A stretch of 64,000 nt of DNA from IMG/VR virus record IMGVR_UViG_3300021958_000028, positions 61,108-125,107 of that record. The stretch is one strand, 5' to 3'. The position numbers and the translations under genes are program-made. The notes beneath the pieces are model-generated. The model had not been told where the DNA came from and ran no database searches. It saw nothing but the letters and a program-made list of their open reading frames with translations. Origin of the DNA: a virus (taxonomy: Duplodnaviria > Caudoviricetes). Positions 49,139 through 57,825 of the stretch are shown here, piece after piece. The stretch's first letter is position 1, and every line of letters begins with the position of its first letter.

Positions 49139-49780
49139 ATGAGTAGTGAAATTTGCAAATATTCAAATTCTAATTGGATCATAGAAACTCAATATGATCA
49201 ACTGGATCTATTAAAAGGTTTTTTGGATTCAAATGAAGGTGTTTCTTATAAAAAAGGATTAAGTACATCGGGTAATGCGGATCAACATTGGTTTCTTGGG
49301 AGGGGTGCTAATTACTTAAAGAATAAAACTTTTATAAAAATACACAAATCAATATCTAAAATAATATCTAAAGAACTAAATGATCATTCTCTTTTAGATG
49401 TTGATATATTTTTGAAACCAACTAATTCTTGGGAAGTTACTGGTAAAAAAGGAGGTTTTCATACAATTCATGAGCATTCATCTTCCCATGAAGTGATTTG
49501 CACAGTAATATACACACAAGTTCCTGAAACGATAACTGATACAAATATTGAAGGTCATGTTTATTTTGTAATGTCTGCCGATAGGAAATCGGAATTTTAC
49601 TCATCCGTTCCAAAAGCAGTAAATATTAAACCAGAACTTGGTAAAATGATTATATTTCCTTCTCATATGTTACATGGGGTTTATCCATATCCAGAAGGAA
49701 ATCGTCAATCTTTTAATATGGATTTTTTTATGATACCTTTGGATCAAATGCAAAATAAAACCTCATTGAGTTATGATTAA
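49139..49780 (+). CDS. 2OG-Fe(II) oxygenase
   Basis: SW, HEH, VIY, IFPS..LHGVYP, R.SFN.D. Confidence 0.75.
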   Translation: MSSEICKYSNSNWIIETQYDQLDLLKGFLDSNEGVSYKKGLSTSGNADQHWFLGRGANYLKNKTFIKIHKSISKIISKELNDHSLLDVDIFLKPTNSWEVTGKKGGFHTIHEHSSSHEVICTVIYTQVPETITDTNIEGHVYFVMSADRKSEFYSSVPKAVNIKPELGKMIIFPSHMLHGVYPYPEGNRQSFNMDFFMIPLDQMQNKTSLSYD

Positions 49781-50135
49781 AGTTCCTATTTCAGTTGGAG
49801 AATTGTTGGACAAAATCACAATACTCCAAATCAAATCAGAAAAAACAAATAATCAATTTGTTCATAAAGAACTTAAAGAACTCATACAGACTGCAAAATC
49901 TACTAATGTTTATAATGAGGAATATCTCAATCAACTAAAAGATGTAAATTCTACATTATGGGTTGTTGAAGATGACTTAAGAGTTCTTGAGAAACAACAA
50001 AGATTTGATGATCACTTTATTCAACTTGCAAGGTTGGTTTACACTACCAATGACGAGAGGTCTTTCATCAAAAGAGAAATAAATAAAAGATATAATTCCA
50101 CTTATCAAGAAGTGAAACTATATACAAATAAATAA
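49773..50135 (+). CDS. DUF6165-like protein (often adjacent to glycosyltransferases)
   Basis: PISVGELLDKITILQIK, LW.VED..R, LAR.VY..ND.R..IK..IN. Confidence 0.8.
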   Translation: MIKVPISVGELLDKITILQIKSEKTNNQFVHKELKELIQTAKSTNVYNEEYLNQLKDVNSTLWVVEDDLRVLEKQQRFDDHFIQLARLVYTTNDERSFIKREINKRYNSTYQEVKLYTNK

Positions 50136-50156
50136 TCCAACAAGTACATTATAAAA

Positions 50157-50471
50157 ATGGCAGTAACAAGATTAGTTCCAGAAGATCCATATAGTCCACC
50201 AAATATTCCTGTGGATGATATGAACAACACTCCATATGTTTATCAAAATAGATATTATCCAATAATGCCTCTTCCTTGGTATCCTATAGATTCTGGTGAT
50301 ACTAAAGATAGATTTGATTTGAGAGTTCTCCCTGATAGTAATCTTGCAGAACTTGGATGGACTCCTGCGCCAGCACAACCATCCTTTGATCCAGAAACTG
50401 AAATGTGTCAGTGGGATGATGAGACCGGTAACTGGACAGTATCTACAATTCCAGCAGAACCAGCAGAATAA
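50157..50471 (+). CDS. Small tail-fibre-assembly-like protein
   Basis: L.ELGW....P.FDP.T....WD....W C-terminus; AATAAATA upstream. Confidence 0.5.
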   Translation: MAVTRLVPEDPYSPPNIPVDDMNNTPYVYQNRYYPIMPLPWYPIDSGDTKDRFDLRVLPDSNLAELGWTPAPAQPSFDPETEMCQWDDETGNWTVSTIPAEPAE

Positions 50472-50475
50472 TTGA

Positions 50476-50970
50476 ATGACTTTTGAGATTATAGATAATG
50501 TTCTCACTGAAGATGAATTGATCCCGATCAGGAACGTCATATTTAATACATCATTTCCTTGGAATTTTACTCCAGTGGTATCATCATTAAATGATAGTGA
50601 TGATACTATCATGGGATCTTATTATTTTACTCATACTTTTTATAATAAATTTCATGCTGATGAATTTTGTCCTGTTTTTGCTCCAGTCTTAAATAAGATT
50701 GGTGTGAAGGCATTGATAAGAGTCAAAGGAAATTTATATACGTCTACAGAAAAACTGATTCATCACAATAATCATTGTGATTTTCCTTTTGAACATCGCG
50801 GTGCTATTTTTTATCTGAATACTAATGATGGATTAACTGTTCTTGAAGATGGTACCGAAGTTCAATCCGTAGAGAATAGATTATTACTTTTTGACCCATC
50901 TAAATCTCATCATAGTACAACTTGTACGGATAGTCAGTGTAGAATAAATGTAAACTTCAATTTCTTTTAA
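50476..50970 (+). CDS. 2OG-Fe(II) oxygenase
   Basis: FPW, H.D, IFYLNTNDG.T, SVENR..FD...H, RINVNFN. Confidence 0.8.
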   Translation: MTFEIIDNVLTEDELIPIRNVIFNTSFPWNFTPVVSSLNDSDDTIMGSYYFTHTFYNKFHADEFCPVFAPVLNKIGVKALIRVKGNLYTSTEKLIHHNNHCDFPFEHRGAIFYLNTNDGLTVLEDGTEVQSVENRLLLFDPSKSHHSTTCTDSQCRINVNFNFF

Positions 50971-50974
50971 AAAT

Positions 50975-51310
50975 ATGGAAAAACTGAATAAGAATGATAT
51001 TGTATCTCCAGTCAATTATGATGTGAATGATTTTCCTTTTCTAACTTATGAGCAACTTTTAGTTTTAAGACTTGAAGTTGCAGAAAGACTCACAAAACAG
51101 ATGAGTGAAGAGGAAAAGTTTGAATTTGTTAAGGAAAGTACTTATCACAGTCTACCATTACAGCATATTGAGATTCAAGCATTATTAATTAAATGTGGTG
51201 TTGGTGATTTACTTGATCAAGTATTGAAAGAAATTCTTGGAGAAGATTACAAACAAACTGCAAAGAAGACTTCTGAGCTCAGAAAAGAGAATGGTCTTCC
51301 ACCACCATAG
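50975..51310 (+). CDS. Hypothetical protein
   Basis: 111 aa ORF in the operon. Confidence 0.6.
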   Translation: MEKLNKNDIVSPVNYDVNDFPFLTYEQLLVLRLEVAERLTKQMSEEEKFEFVKESTYHSLPLQHIEIQALLIKCGVGDLLDQVLKEILGEDYKQTAKKTSELRKENGLPPP

Positions 51311-51311
51311 G

Positions 51312-51367
51312 TACACTTCTTAAAGTGTCACAGAACCCCTCTGGAAACCCTCCAGAGGGGTTATTAT
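51312..51367 (+). promoter_or_regulatory. Palindromic box plus stem-loop promoter
   Basis: TACACT-N6-AGTGTC, CCCCTCTGGA/TCCAGAGGGG stem, TATTAT. Confidence 0.55.
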
Positions 51368-51388
51368 ATCTGGAGACCCACAGATACC

Positions 51389-51493
51389 ATGAGACTTACA
51401 GGAACAGAAAAACTATTGTTCATCTCTTCCTTTCTTATCTTTCTTCAATGGGGCGTAAGACTTACAGAGAGGTTAGTGTATGCACTCTATTGA
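51389..51493 (+). CDS. Small hydrophobic protein (34 aa)
   Basis: MRLTGTEKLLFISSFLIFLQWGVR...; follows the promoter. Confidence 0.5.
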   Translation: MRLTGTEKLLFISSFLIFLQWGVRLTERLVYALY

Positions 51494-51830
51494 AGTCCTG
51501 GGTATACAAGAACACTCTAACACCTCTGAGACCCTCTCTAGACAGTTGTTTCATTGGTTTATGATGGAATACCTACCTGATAGGAGTATTGACCTTACAC
51601 TGGTTCATATGGACTTAACTGATGAAGGGGTTTGTGGGTGGATGATGAGGGAGAGTGATTATGAGTTTATTATTCAAATAGAGGAGACTCTTGAGGGTAA
51701 TGAATATACCAGAACTCTTCTTCATGAGTATTATCACCTCATGCAACATGTTCTGAATATTTCCAGGTGTGAGACCTGTGCATATCTCAGTGAAAAGATA
51801 AACCTTGACAAGTTGAACAAACTCCAGTAG
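51480..51830 (+). CDS. HExxH metallopeptidase-like protein
   Basis: TLLHEYYHLMQ. Confidence 0.6.
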   Translation: MHSIEVLGIQEHSNTSETLSRQLFHWFMMEYLPDRSIDLTLVHMDLTDEGVCGWMMRESDYEFIIQIEETLEGNEYTRTLLHEYYHLMQHVLNISRCETCAYLSEKINLDKLNKLQ

Positions 51831-51874
51831 GATAGGCTTGTCCGGGTTGATAAGGAATTTAACTTTAAGTAACT

Positions 51875-52069
51875 ATGAAGACAAAATTTGTTACAGTTCA
51901 ACCTAAGTCCAATAAAGCAAGGAACCGATTTGCAAACATGATGGATGGTCTTCACTCTTGTAAAGTTCAACAAGAAGATGATGGTCGAATGTTTCTTGAA
52001 TCAATCACTGGAAGGTATTTCTTTTGGATGAGTAAGTTCAATGACCCAAACTGGACAATCATTAAATAA
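51875..52069 (+). CDS. Hypothetical protein
   Basis: V.PKS.KA.NRFAN.M motif. Confidence 0.7.
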   Translation: MKTKFVTVQPKSNKARNRFANMMDGLHSCKVQQEDDGRMFLESITGRYFFWMSKFNDPNWTIIK

Positions 52070-52089
52070 ACACAATTACTAAAAGTAGA

Positions 52090-52278
52090 ATGAACTCTTC
52101 TGAAAAACATGACAAAAGAAAAGATGCACTTGGTCTTTTCGTTGAATCAGTAATTAAACCAGACTCACAACTTCGGAAATGTGCTCACAATCAAGGATGT
52201 TATAATGAACTAATGGAATGGAGACAGGATATTTTGGAATACCTATCAAATAGAAGAAAAGAAGAGTTTGAGGGTTAA
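52090..52278 (+). CDS. Hypothetical protein
   Basis: ESV.KPD..LR.CAHNQ.CYNELMEWR. Confidence 0.7.
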   Translation: MNSSEKHDKRKDALGLFVESVIKPDSQLRKCAHNQGCYNELMEWRQDILEYLSNRRKEEFEG

Positions 52279-52304
52279 ATAGACATAACCAGGAAAGATT
52301 GTTC

Positions 52305-52619
52305 ATGTTGTCAACACAGTATCGATTAAAACTTGAATTTATTTGTAAATGTATTGCCAATGGTGAAGAAGTCAAACTGGATGATATGGTCTGGGCACAG
52401 AAACTTGCTAAGGCAAATACATCAGCCAATGAGATGTTAAAGATGGCAAGACGCCAACACTCTCAAAACATTGAAGAAGGTAGTATGGACGACTTTATGA
52501 ACCGTATGGGACTAGGAGATCCCGACCCATCTAATCATAGGACAGGATTTGATAGTGCTGATGACATTAAAGATTGGTTTAAGAGGGATGATATTTCTGA
52601 TTGGCGCCAGAGGGATTAG
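52305..52619 (+). CDS. Conserved cyanophage hypothetical protein
   Basis: MLSTQYRL.LE.IC..IA, GLGDPDPSNH, DWRQRD. Confidence 0.75.
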   Translation: MLSTQYRLKLEFICKCIANGEEVKLDDMVWAQKLAKANTSANEMLKMARRQHSQNIEEGSMDDFMNRMGLGDPDPSNHRTGFDSADDIKDWFKRDDISDWRQRD

Positions 52620-52782
52620 TTTTAATATATCTAAATTAAAATTTAATGAGAATTGTTAAATAAGACAACTGTTATTATATCAATGACTACATCAAACAGA
52701 AGAAAGAAAAGAGACGATGAAGGTAAATTTTTCTTATATGTCGCATTCCATTCTGCATTTGTTGCCCTAGCTAATTTTTTTA

Positions 52783-52977
52783 ATGATGACTGATCTTTTT
52801 ACAATTTCTAACGTAGAAGCTCCCTCTGGTGTCGAATATGATAAGTGGGGGTTTACAATTAAACCTACTATCACCGATACAGAATTAATCTTGATGTGTT
52901 TAAGAAATGCTCCCTGTGGAGCAGATAAAAAACAGGTAGAAAGATTAGTTAAATACTACGAACAAAATCCTGATTAA
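52783..52977 (+). CDS. Hypothetical protein
   Basis: 64 aa ORF. Confidence 0.55.
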   Translation: MMTDLFTISNVEAPSGVEYDKWGFTIKPTITDTELILMCLRNAPCGADKKQVERLVKYYEQNPD

Positions 52978-53118
52978 CTATGTCTAAAGAACAATGGCAA
53001 GAAGTCATTCTATGTGTCAAGAAAGAACAGGACAAATCTCTTCAACACATGAACAAACCAAAGTATAAAGAACTGAGTGAAATCTTAGTTCAGCTACAAA
53101 AACTACAAAATACCTAAT

Positions 53119-53367
53119 ATGTCTAAAACTGCAGTCATTTATACAAATGGAAGTCAAGAATGTGAGAGAATGAGCTCTCTTCTCACTGCACTTCCAGAGG
53201 TGTCTGAATTTTTACAATACAGATTAGGTGAACATTTCACAGAGAAATCTTTTTCTGATGAATTTGGTGATGAAGCAACATTTCCACAAGTTGCAATTGG
53301 AAATGAACATATTGGGAGTATGAAAGAAACTCTCCAATTCTTATCAAGTGAGGGTTATTATGATTAG
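53119..53367 (+). CDS. Glutaredoxin-like protein (single Cys)
   Basis: IY...SQECER, EFG..ATFPQV.I...HIG. Confidence 0.7.
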   Translation: MSKTAVIYTNGSQECERMSSLLTALPEVSEFLQYRLGEHFTEKSFSDEFGDEATFPQVAIGNEHIGSMKETLQFLSSEGYYD

Positions 53368-53611
53368 TACAGAAACTAAAGAAGTTGTTGTACCTGAGGG
53401 TGCAGAATTGATTGATGATGTATTTTATATCTGGAAGACCAAATATGGTTTGTATTCATCAATGACCAAACAAGGTAGACAGATGATGACAGGATTACAT
53501 AAGAGTGATGTGACTAGTATGACAAGAGCTCATCTCATGTATGAACAGGATGGAACACTTGACCAACACTCAAGAGTTGTTGCTGGTGCCACTATGGGAG
53601 TCAAACTGTAA
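53360..53611 (+). CDS. Hypothetical protein
   Basis: PEGAELIDD.FY.W.T..GL. Confidence 0.6.
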   Translation: MISTETKEVVVPEGAELIDDVFYIWKTKYGLYSSMTKQGRQMMTGLHKSDVTSMTRAHLMYEQDGTLDQHSRVVAGATMGVKL

Positions 53612-53666
53612 CAGTTTACAGTTATTGATTAAAGTTGTATAATTATTACATTGAGGAAAAACTTGA

Positions 53667-53888
53667 ATGAAACTACTTACACTTGAAGACTACCAAAAGG
53701 CAGGAGAAACTTTCTGGCCAAAATATTTTTATGTGGCAAAAGAACTTGGTGAAGGTTCTAAACCAGAAGATATTCTAAAAGTTATGGAAGCTGTTGGTGG
53801 TGTAGCACTCAAGTTGAAATTGGAAGAGGACAAGTCCGGTCCTTTTGGTTTCAACAAAAAGAAAGAGGAAGAAGATGAAGTCATCTGA
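53667..53888 (+). CDS. Hypothetical protein
   Basis: LT..DY.KAGE.FWPKY.YVAKELG. Confidence 0.7.
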   Translation: MKLLTLEDYQKAGETFWPKYFYVAKELGEGSKPEDILKVMEAVGGVALKLKLEEDKSGPFGFNKKKEEEDEVI

Positions 53889-54279
53889 CATACAATTAAC
53901 AAAAGTTTCAAAGAATTTTGAATTTGAGAAACTCTCTAGAGAAATTGATACAGTTAATGATATCAATACTCTCAAAGAGATGTTAAAATGTTATGTTAAA
54001 CTTTATCTAAAACAACAAGAAACTGTACAAGCCATTGGTTTAATAGAAATTGAACCTCCAAGAAAAGAAGGTGAGATTCGTACTGGAGATAAAGTTATTT
54101 TTGTTGGTGGAACAAAAGAACAAAGAAATTGGGGAGGTTGTGACCCTGCACATCATTTAAATGAAGGTGTAACATATACTGTCACAAATGTGGAAGTTAA
54201 ATCACAACACACTAGAATAGAGTTGAAAGGTCTTCAGGGATGCTTTAATTCAGTTTTATTTCGAGTAGATGATGAGTGA
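53875..54279 (+). CDS. Two-domain hypothetical protein (helical N-terminus, possibly NblA-like, plus beta domain)
   Basis: L...SK.FE.EK.SREID...L..M.K.YVKLYLKQQE then GDKV.F.G...YTV..VEV. Confidence 0.6.
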   Translation: MKSSDIQLTKVSKNFEFEKLSREIDTVNDINTLKEMLKCYVKLYLKQQETVQAIGLIEIEPPRKEGEIRTGDKVIFVGGTKEQRNWGGCDPAHHLNEGVTYTVTNVEVKSQHTRIELKGLQGCFNSVLFRVDDE

Positions 54280-54481
54280 CAATTATTGGAAAGAAAGATT
54301 CTTCTCACTTAAAAGATGGGTAGAACAACAACCTAACATTTCAGAGGCAGCTGAAAAAGATTGGGAAGATTTTTGGTATAATAGTATTACAGTACCCACA
54401 CTAGAAGAAGTGTGGAATGAAGTGGAGGAAATTGAACCTCTTACACCTAAAATTAAAGGAGATACAAATGGCATTGAGTGA
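54272..54481 (+). CDS. Hypothetical protein
   Basis: Coupled ORF. Confidence 0.55.
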   Translation: MSDNYWKERFFSLKRWVEQQPNISEAAEKDWEDFWYNSITVPTLEEVWNEVEEIEPLTPKIKGDTNGIE

Positions 54482-54698
54482 CAGTGTAAATGAAAGTTTG
54501 GATGATGCAACATCAAGTCTAAGGAATGCCCTTGCATTTGCTGCTCGTAGTGAAAAACCATTCATCTGTAAAGAGATTGCAAATCTCATTCATAAGATTG
54601 AAAGTGTAAAACAATCAGAGAAAGTTCTTGACATGTTGGAGACCCGTAAAAAAGGTGATAATGGTCTATTTGGTTCCTTCTTTGATGGAGATGAATAA
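54468..54698 (+). CDS. Conserved cyanophage hypothetical protein
   Basis: MALS.SV.ESL..A...LRNALAFAAR.E; GGAG RBS. Confidence 0.7.
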   Translation: MALSDSVNESLDDATSSLRNALAFAARSEKPFICKEIANLIHKIESVKQSEKVLDMLETRKKGDNGLFGSFFDGDE

Positions 54699-54785
54699 AT
54701 ATCAAAACAACCTGAAAACAATCTAAAGAAGGGAAAGTTTCCAGGTTTTCTGGTCTAAACTATTGGTGTTTCAACACATACTCCC

Positions 54786-54950
54786 ATGACTCTTCAAAAC
54801 AAAAATTCAAAACTAACTCAAAATGAACTTGATAGTATTGAAATTGCTGTAAAAGAGACAGGAATCAGGGCAATTCACCCTGAAAGAATGGAAGCTTATG
54901 CTGATAGTCTAGTAGAACGACTCAAAAATATCTCTAACGAAAATAAATAA
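54786..54950 (+). CDS. Small hypothetical protein (54 aa)
   Basis: ...AVKETGIRAIHPERME...; below the track cutoff. Confidence 0.55.
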   Translation: MTLQNKNSKLTQNELDSIEIAVKETGIRAIHPERMEAYADSLVERLKNISNENK

Positions 54951-54970
54951 TAAGAAAACTGACAACCCAT

Positions 54971-55186
54971 ATGGAAAAAACTATCGAGGATCATATTAAT
55001 AAGGATAAAAATATCCTTGATGATCCCACTATCTCACCTCAACAACGTCGTCACATTGAGTCTGAACTTCATGATCTTGAAGAGTATCATGAACACAATC
55101 CAGAAGATCATCATGATCCCACTCCACTAGAAATGTATTGTGATGCGAATCCTTCTGAACCAGAATGTTTGGTCTATGAAGACTGA
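54971..55186 (+). CDS. cp12: Calvin cycle inhibitor CP12
   Basis: C-terminal LEMYCDANPSEPECLVYED; RRH...EL..L. Confidence 0.92.
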   Translation: MEKTIEDHINKDKNILDDPTISPQQRRHIESELHDLEEYHEHNPEDHHDPTPLEMYCDANPSEPECLVYED

Positions 55187-55214
55187 ACCAATTAAATAAG
55201 TGCCACAAGGAGGG

Positions 55215-55243
55215 TTGAAAGACCCTCTTTTTTATTGTATTAT
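55215..55243 (+). promoter_or_regulatory. Sigma70 promoter with stem-loop
   Basis: TTGAAA-17-TATTAT inside the GAGGGT/ACCCTC hairpin; AAGTGCCAC box upstream. Confidence 0.65.
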
Positions 55244-55289
55244 TGTTAGTAACCTCCAAAGTGTCCCAGTAGTGAATCCACACCACATT

Positions 55290-56171
55290 ATGACTCTCAA
55301 CACGCATTTGAACCACCCAGAAGATATGATCCTCACTGGTGACTTGGGTGTCATTAATGCACTTTATGGTGATGCATTCGTCAGCGTAAAAATAGATGGA
55401 AGCCCGGCTGTGGTTTGGGGCACTCACCCTGAGAATGGTGAGTTTTTCGTTTCGACAAAAAGTGCCTTTAACAAGAAGAAAATCAAGGTCTGTTATACCA
55501 AGAAAGATGTCATCCAACACTTTGGTCATCAACCAAATGTTGAAACTATTCTTATCAATTGTTTGAAGTATCTTCCTCGGACTGAAGGTGTCTACCAAGG
55601 AGATTTTCTGGGGACAGGAGGTAATACATCATACAAACCTAACACTATCGAATATGTTTTTGATGAGATTGTAACTGAAAATATCATCATTGCTCCTCAC
55701 ACATATTACACTGGTGATTGTCCTCTCTATGAGATGGAGGCTCATGCACTGGAGGGTGACCTTTGTGAGACTAATGACTGTAAGTTTGTTCAACCCTTTG
55801 TTGACCGTGTAAACTGTAACATTACCGCTCCAGTCATTGATACTGACAAATACACATTCCTCACAGAGAAAGAGGCTTGTCAGGCAAAGGTTGCCATCAA
55901 TGCTCTTATCAGGTCTGGACAGAAACTCCATGAGGTTGACCTGATTGACATCCTTGGTTCACTTCAACTTGCCAATCTTTACCTATTAGTTGTTGAGATG
56001 AAGGAAGAACTTATGGAAGACATGATTGTCTACAACTGCCCTAAGTCTTACATTGGTGGACTAAAGGTCAATCAAGAAGGATTTGTCATGTCCACAGAGT
56101 ATGGTATGATTAAACTCGTAGACCGTGAACAGTTCAGCTACGCCAATTTCGCACAGGGTAGATTTCAATGA
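55290..56171 (+). CDS. DUF6267-like conserved cyanophage protein
   Basis: NTHL.HPED.ILTGDL, VKIDGSPA.VWG, TKS.FNKK, QGDF, EGFV, KLVDR..FS.ANF; start moved to ATG 55290. Confidence 0.75.
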   Translation: MTLNTHLNHPEDMILTGDLGVINALYGDAFVSVKIDGSPAVVWGTHPENGEFFVSTKSAFNKKKIKVCYTKKDVIQHFGHQPNVETILINCLKYLPRTEGVYQGDFLGTGGNTSYKPNTIEYVFDEIVTENIIIAPHTYYTGDCPLYEMEAHALEGDLCETNDCKFVQPFVDRVNCNITAPVIDTDKYTFLTEKEACQAKVAINALIRSGQKLHEVDLIDILGSLQLANLYLLVVEMKEELMEDMIVYNCPKSYIGGLKVNQEGFVMSTEYGMIKLVDREQFSYANFAQGRFQ

Positions 56172-56479
56172 GTGATGAACAACTTCAACAAATGGAACCG
56201 GTAGAACTTGAACGGTTCTTGGAGGAATGTGCCGATAAGGCCAAAGAATATGGTGTCTCATTTGAATACTACATGGCGGAGTTCGCATGACTGAAACCCA
56301 AAAGATCACCAGTGCATTGTCACAAATTGACAATCTAACTATTCTTCTTGAGGATAATGAATGGAAAACCTTTCTTTATTCACATCTCATTCCACTCAAG
56401 TATGAGCTACAGAGACAACAAGGTCTCTTGACTAATCAGACTAATTCCACTAACATTGAAGAGTAATCAAACCAAACCA

Positions 56480-56713
56480 ATGAAGACCCTGTTTATTGTT
56501 GACCACTTTGTCCCATTCCCACAATCAGAGTATGGTGGAGTTTGGAATGTTATTGCCGATGATGAAGATGAGTGTTTTGATTTGATTACATCTGAAGATG
56601 ACAGTAATTATTTTGAGTATTATGGTGTTTTGAGAGAAAATATTAGTAAGGCATATAAATATACTATTACATCCGAGGCAGAACCAGGAATTGTTACCTC
56701 ATTCCTTACTTAA
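56480..56713 (+). CDS. Hypothetical protein
   Basis: VD.FVPFP.SEYGG.WNVIA. Confidence 0.65.
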   Translation: MKTLFIVDHFVPFPQSEYGGVWNVIADDEDECFDLITSEDDSNYFEYYGVLRENISKAYKYTITSEAEPGIVTSFLT

Positions 56714-56873
56714 ACTCATATGTCAAACTATTCAACAGAGTCTCTTCTGATTGATCTTCAACGTACGATAAAACATCTTGAAGACAATATCAAAGAGAAG
56801 AACAAAGAGATTGAAAATCTTAAAGGTCTAATTTTCAAACTCCAAGACAACATTCAAAAAAGTGACTAACTAA

Positions 56874-57173
56874 ATGATTGAACTTGAACTCCCCAATGAT
56901 TTTATTCATGAAGCCCCAACAGGTTATTCATATTCAGTTAGTGAATTCAAAACCAATGTCTTATCAATTTGGTTAAATCATCACAAAGAATATATCTACA
57001 CATCAGAACCTGTTAAGACTATCTGGGGGTTCGTGCGGTTCACAAAGAAAGGTCACAAATACTATTCACCAATCAACTCTAAAAAAGTTGGTAAGGAAAT
57101 AGATATTGATGAAACACGCCCATTCACTTCAATGAGACTTCACCTCAATCCTCTAGAGGCGGCATTTTTCTGA
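56874..57173 (+). CDS. Conserved cyanophage hypothetical protein
   Basis: TIWGF, PINSKK.G, T.PFTSM...LNPLEAAF. Confidence 0.7.
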   Translation: MIELELPNDFIHEAPTGYSYSVSEFKTNVLSIWLNHHKEYIYTSEPVKTIWGFVRFTKKGHKYYSPINSKKVGKEIDIDETRPFTSMRLHLNPLEAAFF

Positions 57174-57442
57174 TGGAAACCCGTAAAGATCGTATGGCCT
57201 ACCCATATATCCCACAGGTTGATGATTACGTCATCTGGAGACGTACTACTGGACAGATTGATAAAGGATGGGTATATTTTGTTGATAAGGAATATATTAC
57301 TATTGAGACTGGTGTAAAGGATAAACCCAACTGTGAATATACAAGAGAAGAGAAACATAAGAAGATTCACACTTTGGTAGTATGTCATCCTTGTTTCTGG
57401 AATCAGTTAGAATATGTCAAGAACAGAAGAGGTGATGACTAA
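57173..57442 (+). CDS. Hypothetical protein
   Basis: Y.PQVDDYVIW, GWVYF...YITIE. Confidence 0.7.
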   Translation: METRKDRMAYPYIPQVDDYVIWRRTTGQIDKGWVYFVDKEYITIETGVKDKPNCEYTREEKHKKIHTLVVCHPCFWNQLEYVKNRRGDD

Positions 57443-57514
57443 CAATACTGAATTACTAACCAATTATTGTTAGTAACCTCTAAAGTGTCCCTGTAGTGTA
57501 ACCAATCAATCATC

Positions 57515-57727
57515 ATGACGACTCCAATCGTAACCCAACTCTCAGAAATTCGTGACCAAGTTCGTAAACAGGATTACAAATGGACTAACGACCAACGTCA
57601 ACGTTATGCCACCCTTATCGATCAACGTCACGCACAAATTGCACAATGGCGTGAGGAAGGTCGTGTCTGGGTAGGCCCTTCTAACATTGGTAAGGATAAG
57701 CCACAGGAGCAAGAATCAGACGATTGA
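57515..57727 (+). CDS. Hypothetical early protein
   Basis: Follows the repeat copy at 57465. Confidence 0.7.
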   Translation: MTTPIVTQLSEIRDQVRKQDYKWTNDQRQRYATLIDQRHAQIAQWREEGRVWVGPSNIGKDKPQEQESDD

Positions 57728-57745
57728 TAAACTGTCTATTACCTC

Positions 57746-57774
57746 TTGACTTTCACCAAGTCAGGGGGTATTAT
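57746..57774 (+). promoter_or_regulatory. Sigma70 promoter with stem-loop
   Basis: TTGACT-17-TATTAT within the TGACTT/AAGTCA hairpin; GACGAT-N6-ACTGTC upstream. Confidence 0.7.
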
Positions 57775-57825
57775 TGTTAGTAACCTCTAAAGTGTCCCTT
57801 TAGTATGACCACCACCACACCTGAA

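Noticed and set aside
51325-51564. 79 aa ORF from the track
   Set aside because: Begins inside the promoter/stem-loop; ORFs 51389-51493 and 51480-51830 explain the region better
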